A stretch of DNA of 63,900 nt, filler included, from Folioceros fuciformis (lineage: Eukaryota): assembly GCA_049999805.1 (NCBI GenBank). It is 12 parts of 12 records of this genome, joined end to end, with 100 filler letters (N's around TTAATTAATTAA, not from the genome) between each part and the next. Parts side by side here need not be neighbours in the genome. Positions count along the whole stretch, not along the records: positions 23,200 to 29,859 come from JBNGIO010000938.1; positions 29,960 to 34,933 come from JBNGIO010000939.1; positions 35,034 to 43,620 come from JBNGIO010000940.1; 9 more parts are not named here. One strand, 5' to 3'. The position numbers and the translations under genes are program-made. The stretch's first letter is position 1. The number at the start of each line of letters is the position of its first letter. This document shows positions 25,097 through 37,222 of the stretch, one piece after another. Under the pieces are notes generated by a model, which made no database searches, had not been told where the DNA came from, and saw only the letters and a list, made by a program, of their open reading frames with translations.

Positions 25097-26234
25097 GAGA
25101 TGTTAGCGAAAGAACCCCTAACACCTCACCAAGCCAAACAATAATTGATACTTACAGTCTTCTCTCGTCTGCACTAAATGAACATGTTGACAATGAACAT
25201 GTTGACAATCCGTTTGGGTTGGCACTTGCGTATGATCATGTCATTGAAGGCAACACGAAATAGCTTGTACCTCTCGATCTTAGTATCCAATTTGTTGAAG
25301 TGGAAATATGATGCTGATCAGCAGCGGGCGGAGATTTGGCCAGCGGAGGCGTACGCTGATCGACTCTGGCTGGATAGCGGGATCCGGATCTGGCAGAATG
25401 ACAACAGTAATGGGACAGTTGGCGAAGCTAGATCTGCAAGAGAACAGGGATGCGGGATCGGGACAGCAGGAGGAACGGCAATGCTGAATCGCTGCGAGGT
25501 GGAGACTGCTAGGGCCTGGTCGGATCTAGATGGGATGAGAAACGGGACCAGCTAGCCTCCTAGTTGACTGGCCTCAAGGCTGCCACGCGGGGAGAATCCT
25601 CGGCAGCAGCAGGAATCGCGATGAGGAGCTCGGTGCAACGACGTGTAGACTTGGTTAGCAGCGGGATAGGATGGGCTCCCACAGTGCCGGGGCTAAAGAG
25701 CCGATTTGAGTCAAGAAGACATAGATCGAGCAGGACTAGAGGTAGTCTTCACACATGGTTGGTGATTTGTGTGAAACACCTTGGAATGCTTGTTTTGAGC
25801 CCATGTGCAAGACCATGCATGCCGGTCATTCCTTTTAATACCCCTAGTTTTAGAGTAGTAGGGCGTGCTGGGAGTCGTGCTCCACTTGATTGTAATGTCC
25901 CACAATGGTCTTCACAATATTTTCTTGGCTAAGGGGTAACAATGGTGAAGCCTAGTATCAGAGCCCAGTATCAGCGTTCGAGATATGTGTCACTTGCTTA
26001 AGGGAAAGGTTTCTCAAAGTGCCCACTAGGTCACTTATACGCTCAACCCATTGACTCTTGAGGCATGGGAAATCTTGTGGGCACTGGCCATTCGGTGTCC
26101 ACAACCCACACCGTTCGATCATACTGCTTGTTTCGGTATCTACTTGTGTTGGTGGAAAGGAAAAATGGTGTGCCTTACCATATATGGCAAAAAACCCGAT
26201 ATACGGATGGGTTGTTGTTTTCCACATGGTAAGT

Positions 26235-27272
26235 TGTGAAACACTAAATTTTAAGGGCACTGGTTCAGTTTGGTCAAAAAGGGGTCTAATGAGGCTTGGT
26301 AGGATTTTCTTTTTTTTCCTTCTATTTTTTGTTTTATTTCCTTTTGATATTTCCCATTCCTACTGTTAGTTGGGCAAACTGACTAGGTAACGGCCAGTGA
26401 CTAATTGACTGATCGGAGGATGGAAGGCAATGTTGTCCCATGGAGGGTTTAGGTTTGGTCGAAACTTGGCTCTGGTACCAAACCATAGGTCCGGATAATA
26501 TTAGATCTCGTTACAAGTCTGATTTTTTGGTTCGGCAATATGAGTTTATATATAATTAGCTTATGAATTCAGATAAGATCAGGGGCCATTTAAGGTAGGT
26601 TATGAGCTAGTGGCCATAGGGAGAGGATCGAATTTGGTAGCCAAGGTACTGTCATTGTTGAGGACATGCACCGCATGGTGGCCAGGGCAAAAGATGGGGC
26701 AGGCTATTAAAAGATCTAAGTGATAGGGAGACCAGCGTCGCTGGATGGGACCAGATCTAGATTGATAGATGGGACGCAAGTTGGTGACAAACTTGTGGCA
26801 CTGCTTATCAGAGAGGCACATCACTGCAAGAGGTTGTGATCAGAGCAAGGCACAAGATCAGTCCAGCGCGATTTAGTCCCCGACTCGCGCTGTCATTGGG
26901 TTTAGCCTGGGCTGCTGGGTTGGATGTGTTTCGGAGGGAGAAGGTCATGCAGGTGGACTAATTGGCGGCTTGCGACACTGCAGGATAGTGTAGGCCAGCT
27001 AACCTAAACCTCTAGCTTGTGGTTTGCAGGAAGATCAACCTGCCACGCTCCCTCCTATCCTGGCCAACAAACTGACCTTGTTTTCTGATCTTCGTTTCCA
27101 ACAAAGATGCAAAAAAGCCCCATTTGACATCATCATCATCAACCTCAATACCAAAACAAGATACATTTACCACCCTTCATGCATATTTCCTCCTTGGAAA
27201 TTTCTCATGTTATGTTTGTAATCCAGGATGCCGAGTAACAAGACAACTATTAAGGGACACCCGTGGACAACA
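26235..27272 (+). mobile_element. LTR-like repeat; same family as the element starting at 63566
   Basis: Both begin TGTGAA, then share GTTTGGT.AAAAGGG, a T-rich tract, GGTTTAGGTTTGGT and TGGTACCA..CCATAGG. The right boundary (..CAACA) is tentative. Confidence 0.5.
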
Positions 27273-30200
27273 TTAATTAGAGGGCATGGACTGCCCAAAA
27301 GCAATGGCGGGTAGGACAATCGGAGGTGGCAATTGCAAATGGAAGAATGAAATGCAATGCAAGCTAGCACCACATTGAAGGAATACGAAGGATGAGCAAT
27401 TGGTTGGCCAAGAAGGAAACAAATGAAGTGCACTATCAAGTAAGAACAAATGGCGAACAAAGAAATGGATGTTATAAATTGCCGTAATAGGACTTTGTTT
27501 TAGTGAACTAGCAATTACTATAACACAAGTTTCATTAACGTGGGTTAAGTTATGGTAGGCTCAGCACAAAGCCCTGATTATGGCTAAAGACATAATTGAG
27601 ATATTACGTTCGAAATCATAATTTCATTACCACGGACATGCTTGTACATGTTGACTACTTTTTAGCATAACCATATCGTAGTGCAACACGTGGTTGGATA
27701 AGGATTTTCGCCTCTTACATTTGAAAACACACATACGGGCCCACTGAGAACACCCTATTGGTTGTCAAGGCTATGGTGTGGCTGGTGACAACCATACACA
27801 GCTTTCTGCAATGGAATGGGCTAGGAGGTATGGTCGCCTAGGCGGACGAAATTATAACAGTTCTTTCCGATTGGCGGGGTTTGTGACAGAGCTGTCACAT
27901 AGATTGCAAATAATAAAGGGACGGGCGAAACAAGACCATGAAATGTAGTCCGAGGGAACTACAACGGGAAACGGGAGCGATATGTCCACCGGTAGGGAAA
28001 ACAAACCTAATTCATCATTCACAAATTGAGCACAATTTTGGGAAGACGCAAAAAAGACATTCCCTATGACATGCTTATTTGTCATATGGTATGTGATATC
28101 GTCACTACCCTGTTATTAAAACCATCATAAGAGGCCATGGTTTGTAGTGGTGGCTAAGAAGGGGGAGCCGGCAAGATCCATCAACCCATAGTAGGCTATT
28201 GGGATAGCTTGTGGTGGGAATGGTTAGTATTAGTGGTGTAGCAAAATTGGTGGGTGAGGTGGCTAGCACCAAGAAGGCCGTTTTGGGTGCAGGGTAATTA
28301 TTAGGCAAAGCAAGGTTAGTGGAACCTAATGGCCCACTAATCCAAATGACTATTAATAACTACCCTAAAGAGAGAGGAGGAGCAAGAGAGTCCCCTAAAA
28401 AAGACTATGGGGGCCTCTGGAAAAATTTGTCATGTCTAACTACCTTTGCTTTGTGCACACTTGTCAACTAAGTGAGTGTTGTGTGCCGGTCATGTTTGCA
28501 TGATGCCTAGTAGGATTAGAGGGGTGCAATGTTTAGGACCAGCACAAGTCCCCTTCCTTTTCTCTTGGTGTTAGGTTGTTAGGGTGCTGGCCATGTGGGG
28601 TAGTTAGTAGGATAGTGCTAAGGTTAGGGCGGAGGTTGAAGTTTGACGCAGGGAAGAATAGGTTAGTAGCTAATACTTAGATCTAAAGAAAGATTGATAG
28701 ATGTTTGAAGTGCATAGAGTGTTCGAGGTTGTTGTGGTAGCAGTGCGAGTTGTGATTTGAGAGTATGCAGTGTATGAGCTAATAGATTAGACATCGATGT
28801 CCTAGGCTTGACTAAAGCTGGACGGGGGTCCCTCAAATCCGTCACGAGAGGTATTTGGAGCTGTCCAAGTCCTAGGTAGCTTGGCTAGGTGGTAGGGCAT
28901 GGTTGTCAGTAGACGTTCTTAAAGTCATGTAGTCTTCCCTCAATGGTTGATTGATCTAATGGTTGGCCACGAGCAAAATCCCTCATAGCATAAGTTCAAG
29001 AAGTTGTCCGGAGGTTGGCCTCAAGACCGACCAGTCTAATATGTCAGTGGTAAACATAGGTGACCACAAGTAGTGACAAATTAGGGGTTTGAAGAAGTAG
29101 AGAGTCTAACCCTCTATTCACATCAGCGCAAGCTTTGCCACACCTTTGTGGGAATGAAACTCATTGTGCTGACAATAGTGGGATAAGAGTGGATTCTTAA
29201 GGTTGAAGCCTTGGAGACAAGCCCGAGACTTTTACCACCACAACAAGTACCTCAACAACTCATATGTTCACTTTTGCGAAAGAAAATGTAGATGTGAGGT
29301 TTAGTGCACTAGCTACTTGGCGGCTTGGACTAGCGAGCCTTGCTTATCCTCGTTCCGTGGTGCTAGCTATTTGTGCTACATGTCCTTGCTATGTAGAATG
29401 TCTTGTGTTTAATAGGAAATTTTCTATGTATCATACCTATTTCTATAGAAATAGGGTTACAATGGTTAACATCTTAGAGTTTCTAGTCATGGAGCACGAA
29501 AGGTCTACAATCAAAAGATACCTTTATGTGCACTTATTGCATGCTCATCTTTTAAACCCTAATTTTTGAGGATATGGCCTATTTACTACTATCCACCACA
29601 TTGTGGCCATAATTACATATCATACATTGCTTCACACAAAGGACTTCCAAGTTAGGAGTTTATGCTCTTTCCATCAAGCAATGCATAGAATCCAAATCAC
29701 GAACGTTTATGCAACAATTTTGGTTGTTCCAAACTTATTCAAGCGAATGCTTGAACCATTCAACCTTCATGTTTTAATAACAATGAATTCTAAATCATGA
29801 TTGACTATGCGATCGCTCTGAGGGAAGTATGTGATGCACTAAACCAGTCATAAGGCTCCNNNNNNNNNNNNNNNNNNNNNNNNNNNNNNNNNNNNNNNNN
29901 NNNTTAATTAATTAANNNNNNNNNNNNNNNNNNNNNNNNNNNNNNNNNNNNNNNNNNNNTATCTATTCAAGTTCTTATATCTCTAGTATATAGAATGGAT
30001 GGATGGGTTCAGAAAGTTTGTAGATTTTCCCTTTCTTTTTACTTGTCTTTACTTGTTTTAGGACGATTGCCGATGATTAAAAAATGCCCATAACTTAAGT
30101 TAAAGTTTTATGATTAATTTCTTAGCTCACTAGTTTTAATAGTTCCAAAGCAATCGTCAATTATTTTCTAAGCTTAATCTCACCCTTTCTCTCATCGTGG

Positions 30201-30588
30201 GTAGGTGGGTAGGTGGGCATGTACAACCACGGAATAAGATCATAGACTCGGAACGCCGAGTCTCTCTTAAGACTGATGTGCCCTGCCCATTTTCAATAAT
30301 TCCAAAATAACTAACAGTATAAAATTCAATAATAAATCACTAATATGTAAACTAGGTTATAAATGAAATTATAAAATTTATTATTAATGCAAAACATACA
30401 GAATTATCAACTAAGTCGGGCGTACTTGTCAGGTTTCTTTGTGTTGTCGAGAGGCATTGCGGGAAGACATGAGACCAGTATGCAGCATGCCCCACAGCCC
30501 GAAGGAGAGCCAGGCAATGCAACTGATGGATCCATGATCACCAGCCATTACCACCATGAGCACACCCTCCAAACAAGACCTCAGAGGC

Positions 30589-30958
30589 CTAAGCACGTTC
30601 TACAGAAGCCTGAACGAGAACTCGAGCAGCACTACTGCAAAAGTTCAGCACACAGGTCCCCAGCCACCGGAGGCTTTCGGCTAGACATGTCATCATCCAT
30701 CTTGCGGTAGTCGGACGATCTCCTTCCTTTGGCTTCTGCTTTTCATCCTCCACTTTGCGTTGCTCCTCCGGATCTCGCTCTCTCGGCGAACCCAGATCTA
30801 TTAATATTGGATCCAACGGGTACTGCTCGGAATTCGCGTCCGGTAACAGAACGGCCTGCACTTCGGTGGCTTCAGAAAATTCTTCCGGGGGCATCTTGGT
30901 GGAATGACCCACCTGCACGGTGTCCGCAAGCTCAATCTCCTGTGGTGGGAGAGACATG
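30589..30958 (-). CDS. Orphan ORF, copy 1 (acidic N-part, basic linker, hydrophobic Cys/Trp-rich C-part); may be a pseudogene
   Basis: MSLPPQEIEL..IDLGSPRERDPEEQRKVEDEKQKPKEG..RWMMTCLAESLRWLGTCVLNFCS aligns with the copy at 41770-42132. No recognisable domain. Confidence 0.4.
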
Positions 30959-31899
30959 TCGGGATGCAGGTGGACGTCGAATTCCAAAGCTCCTGCACAG
31001 AAACATACATGAACAAGAATTAGGTCCCGGAGTTGCACAAAACTATCTAGGTCCTCGTGACGAGCAGAATTTTTGAGAATATCCTTGTAATGTTGTGGAG
31101 ATACGACCAGACGGTGAGAATTGGAGCTTGTTGAAGGGAAGAAATGGGTCAATGATACCGGGATGATGTTCGGACGATAGATCGTATCAACTCTCGACGT
31201 TCAGTGCAGCTGCGCTCCCTGAACCAGGACGTCGTGAAGTGAAGAAGAATCAGTTGCGACTGCTATGAGGTTATCCCAGAAGGAGACAGTCGAACACTAA
31301 AGAGAACTTTCTGGTCGCGGCATTCACTGGTTGCGACGCTTCAGCTTCCCAGCGCCAGCGCCAGAGCCAGTGCGAGTTGGCACATTTCAAAATTGACACT
31401 GTGCGTCTGTCCATTCCAGGTCGTTCACTAGCTCTGCCCATTCACGTCTAATGTGGAAACAGATAATAGCACAAATTTGAGTTGCTCTAATAGGCTGGGA
31501 ACAGTCAGGACCTCCGCAAACAGTCCCTTAAGCCAGCTACAGACACAATTCGCTAAGACTGTCCTCCGTTAAAGAATCATGTAGGAGTACCCTGATCACT
31601 CAACCCCAGTTGCTTCAACGTCCATATTTATCCCATGAATTTCCTGCCACTGTGTGAAGATTCAGAGACTAGAATGCGCGACCCGAAACATCAGCGCACT
31701 TTGTGGTAAATTGGTGGAGAGTGTGGATCAGGAATGTGATTGCAGGATCGGAGAGGAACGTGAAGTTTGAGGTAATCACACAATCCCCTTCTCTGCATTG
31801 AATGTTAGAAACGAAGATGTCACGGACCTTCTTGTCGTACGCTCAAATTCCCTACCTTCTGGAGCTACAAAACCGTTCGTTCAGGAAATATTCTCTTCG

Positions 31900-32270
31900 C
31901 ATGGAACCTTGAATAGTTTTGTGTCTAACAAAGACATCAAGTTTACTTCTAGCTTCTGGAGAGCATAAACTGAAACGTTGGGTATCCAGCAGAACCTTTC
32001 TTCAGCATGCCATCGAGAGTCCGATGGCCGAATTGAAAAGCACAACCAGGTGTTAGAAACAGACATCGGCGATAGGCCAGTTAGTGTGGCTCAGGGTAGA
32101 GCCCTGCAGGTACCCGTCTTTGATGCAGAGGAAGGGCAAGCCCTGCTCTCGCTTTGTAGGTCCTTTCTGGGTCACACGATAGATTGACCCAGTTGCCTAC
32201 TACCTAGACCTTTCAGTGGACTTAGTCTAGAAAATGTGCAAAACATTCCACATATCCATGCTCAAGCCTG
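31900..32270 (+). mobile_element. Ty3/Gypsy integrase fragment, degraded
   Basis: IQQNLSSACHRESDGRIEKHNQVLE resembles the STAYHPQSDGQTERxNQ motif, and PVAYYLDL..TFHISMLKP resembles the GPY/F module. Confidence 0.8.
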
Positions 32271-32877
32271 TGGTGAGTCCAGCCTCACACCTTCAACAAG
32301 CCAACGGAGAGGACCAGCAGATTCCAATCGGCCCAACATCTCTGCACTAGCCTGACAGAGGTCCGATAGAAAATCAAGAGGGATGCCCGGACAGCCCAAC
32401 AGGAGACACAAAAGCTCCCAGGAGCTGCAGGACTTCAAACTCCCACAACGCAGCCAAGGGCTCAGTCCTACCAACCAGCGGGCCAGAAGGGGTCTCGTCA
32501 TAGCCATCCAGTGAGGACTTCCTCCGCTCAGACCCAAAGCTCCCTTGCTTGGCAGCAAGATTAATATTCCGTCCCGGCCCCGTCTCTTAGGCGGAAGAAA
32601 GCATCCTTTAGGTCAACCCCGACAGCGAGCCAATCGATTGCGGCCCGCTCCCATGACCAAACAGTTGCAGCGAGAGCACCGCATTGGCATTCCCAATCCC
32701 AGAGGCACAAGACTTCACAAGGACCCATCGTCGGCCTCATGATGACTCTAGTGCAAGGCCGAGGCGCTCCAGTTGTAGTAAAGGGAGCCCACGACTCGGC
32801 AGTGTGGAAGAGTATCGCTGGACTTTCGTGTGACTTCTGCAGGGATTGGATTTCGGCCGCAAAAGGTGCTTCAGGTT

Positions 32878-33130
32878 GTGTTGTGGGGCTGTTGTGAGAC
32901 GTCCCGAGTCATGGAGGATCTGCCTCTGCTTCTCTGCCCCGTTGTGGGGGCTCTTGTAAGAGGTCCCTGGTGATCAAGGTGCTGCCTCTGCTTCTTGGTG
33001 TGGGACTGTTGTGAGACGCCCCTGGTAGTGCAGATGCTGTCTGGGCCTCTCGTTAAGTGGGGCGCTTGTTAGACGTCCCGGTCAAGGAGGTGCTGCCTCT
33101 GCGTCTCGTTGTGGGGCTCTTGTGTCTACA
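32878..33130 (+). repeat. ~57-60-bp tandem repeat, about 4.5 copies, probably within the retroelement
   Basis: Recurrent GTTGTGGGGCT.TTGT.AGACGTCCC...GGTGCTGCCTCTGC. Confidence 0.8.
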
Positions 33131-33299
33131 TCTAGGTGTCCGCGCTGCAGGAGTCTATGCTTCATCGTTCGCGTCGTCACCTCAGTTCAAGCTGAATATT
33201 TGGAATGGCACGCACAGGCAGACAAATAGACTGGCCAACGTTTATACGTCCTGTTGCACTGTTCACCGCACCACCTGGGAAAGCAGCTGCAAGATGTCT

Positions 33300-34170
33300 C
33301 TGGCACCCAGGTGATCCCCTGGAACGCAATAGAGGTGTCCATTCTGCTGGATTTCAAGCGCGGCATGAAGAGCGATCCTAACAGTGTCCTTGCGGACTGG
33401 GTGAGAACAACACACGGGCTGCTTGCTCCTGGCTCGGTGTCGGTTCTCTTCGCCAAACACTATTTCGCCATTGTTTTCTTTGAATTTGTCAGGGCTACAG
33501 CTGAGCGGTTCCATCCATCCTGCGATTGGAGGCCTACAGAAGTTGGTCATTCTTGACTTGTCGAACAACATGTTCAACTGCAGTATTCCTAGTTCCTTGG
33601 GGTAGTGCAGCGACCCGACGGTCTTGGATTTCGGCAGCAACCAGTTGATTGTCCCCATTCCATGCGCCAAGGACGGTCTGCCCCAAGTTCTTGGAAATTC
33701 TCAAACGTCTGGCGTTTTCGATTTTGCAATCCAACAATCTGAAGGGGACCATTCCAGGGGAGCTTCGAAACTGCACCGAACTTGTCTGGCTGTGGTTAAG
33801 TCATAAGTTTCTTGAAGGGGCCATCCCTACCGAGCTTGGCAATCTCAAAAAGCTGGAGGACCTGGGACTTCACTTCAACAAGCTCAACGGATCTCTCCCT
33901 ACATCTACAGGGAATTGTTCTAGTTTGAAACTTCTTGGCTTGGGAGAAAACGGTCAACTCGGGGGTCAGATTCCACCAAGCATTGGCCACTTCAAAAATC
34001 TTGAGACCACACAATGGTACGGCTACCAAGGTGTGCACCATGGATTGGAAGGGCCGATTTCCAGCGAGATCGGCGACTACAGCAACCTTCAATGGATGGA
34101 TTTGGGGTGGAACAACCTGTCGGGGCCATTCCCCACGTATTGTCCAGACTTTGTACAAATGTCCCTTTAG
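33300..34170 (+). pseudogene. LRR receptor-like kinase/protein ectodomain pseudogene
   Basis: LRRNT_2 cap (LLDFKRGMKSDPNSVLADW..CSWLGV) and plant LRRs (LNLSGLQLSGSIHPAIGGLQKLVILDLSNN, LEGAIPTELGNLKKLEDLGLHFNKLNGSLP) are spread across frameshifts and an in-frame stop. No TM or kinase part. Confidence 0.85.
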
Positions 34171-35554
34171 TTTCTTGGATCTCATTGGCATGTTTGATCA
34201 TTTCCCCGTCTTGCTAACCCTTATGGTATGCATATTGGAGAACTTGCAACAATAGCTTTTCCGTCGTTCTACTCGGGCATTCATTTTGGAGAGTTTGCCA
34301 TTGTACAAATGCTGAGAAACAAATGAACCTAGACAGCTTGGAATTGAGAAAGGTGCGTAATACTGGGCTAATAGAAATCCCAGTCTAGTATTTGAACTGT
34401 TGTAACAGGCTGGCAAACAATAGTCAGGTCCGCAAACAGTCTCTTAAAGACAGGTGCAGACACAGTTCGCTAAGCCGATTCGCTCCCTCTTCATCCCACG
34501 GATTTCCTGCCTTCTGTTCCAGATTCAGAGATCAGAATGCCCGACCCGAAACATCAGCGCAGTTTGTGGTTTGGTGGAGAGTGCGGATCGGTAACGCATG
34601 TGCAGGATCGGGAAGGCACGTGAAGTTTGAGGTAAACACACAATCCCTTTCTCTGCACTGAATGTTACAAACGAATTGATGTCACGGTCGTTCCCTCGAA
34701 TTCCTTACCTTACGGAGGTAGAGTGCCAGCCTGCAATGCTTCAGATTTGAGTGACAATCACCGAAGACAGTTTTTGAGAACCGCATCTGCATAGGACAAC
34801 TTGGGAAAACGAAGGGCACATGCAACCCGCAACAAGGACGGATACCTACAGTACCAACCAATACCAGCCAGACATATGAGACCCACCCAACCGGGACCAG
34901 AGTTTTGGGAGCTGCATCACAAAATTGTTAAGANNNNNNNNNNNNNNNNNNNNNNNNNNNNNNNNNNNNNNNNNNNNTTAATTAATTAANNNNNNNNNNN
35001 NNNNNNNNNNNNNNNNNNNNNNNNNNNNNNNNNCCCCTCCTCCTGTTTCTCCTCCTGCTGCCCCTCTTCCCGTTTCTCCTCCTCCTCTTTCTGTTACTCT
35101 TCTTCCTCCTCCTTCATCGCTTCTGACACCTCTAAGGAGCAACATCTCCACTCCTCTCTCTTCGTCTCCTCTGAGACCATTGAGAAGCAACTTTGCTGCT
35201 CCTTTCGCCTCCTCTGCTCCTCTGACACAGTTGAAGGGCAGCAGTCCCTCGTCTCCTGGGACGCCCTACCTCTCCACTCTATCATCTCCGTTCATAGTCA
35301 TCACACCGCCTCGCCAGTCTTTCTTCGATCTCATCAATTCCAAGGATCGAAAGTTTTAGTCCTCCTCCTTCATAGCGCATCTGAGCTCCAATTAGAGCTG
35401 CACAGGTGCCGAGCTTGGCAAGCTATGCACTGGCATGTCCTGTGCATGTTCCAAGAGCTTGCCTCGGCACACCACCATGGCGAGGTGTGCTGTGACTCTT
35501 AGTATTGACCTGTACTATATTAACACTGAAGACAGTCGTTTCTGTTCCTTAGGG

Positions 35555-36015
35555 AAAGGATGCATCGTGCTATAAGGATGCATTGTGGGAGAACTATGCT
35601 TGGTGGGAAAACGATGCGTAGTAGGAGAACAGATGCAGTGTGGGAGAACTATGCTTGGTGGGAAAACGATGCATAGTAGGAGAAAGATGCATTGTGTGAG
35701 AACTATGTGTCGTGGGAAACGATGTACTGTGGAAGAACTATGCTTCGTGGCAAAACGATGCATTGTGGGAGAACTATGCTTCGTGGTAGAACGATACATG
35801 GTGGGAGAACTATGCTTCGTGGTAGAGCGTTACATTGTGGGAGAACTGTTCATCGTGGTAGAAACGATGCATGGTGGGAGAACTATGCTTCGTGGTAGAA
35901 CGACGCATGGTGGGAGAACTGTGCTTCGTGGGAAAACAATGCATTGTTGGAAAAAGACGTTGTGGGAGAACTATGCTGAGGGAAAACCACGCATTGTGGG
36001 GGAAGGATGCATTGC
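35555..36015 (+). repeat. ~36-bp minisatellite, about 12 copies
   Basis: Unit approximately ATGCATTGTGGGAGAACTATGCTTCGTGGTAGAACG; it generates the repetitive spurious ORFs. Confidence 0.95.
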
Positions 36016-36204
36016 TAGTTAGTCACTGTGCGAGAGGGACGCATAGTCACTGTTTGAGGAAATTCAGCGTCCAACATCCAAGTGTGGAGAGCCATGTTTG
36101 AAATCAACGAACTGCTTTCCAGCTGATCTCACGATTGTGCATCCCCATGGAGGACATACCGAGCATCTTGGCCGTCTTGCGTAGAAGATATCCGCCTAGT
36201 CATT

Positions 36205-37100
<896 letters not shown>

Positions 37101-37222
37101 GGAACTCAAGACAAAATGTTGAACCAAAACGACCAACCGGTCCTTTGCCATGGTAGAAAATATTTGTCCGACCCAGTCCCTAGAGATCGCGAAAATATCA
37201 TCCCTTCTTTTCCACTACTTCG

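Noticed and set aside
26445-26460. Telomere-like AGGGTTTAGG (also near 51537 and 63780)
   Set aside because: Only 1-2 units, mostly inside LTR-like repeats; not an array.
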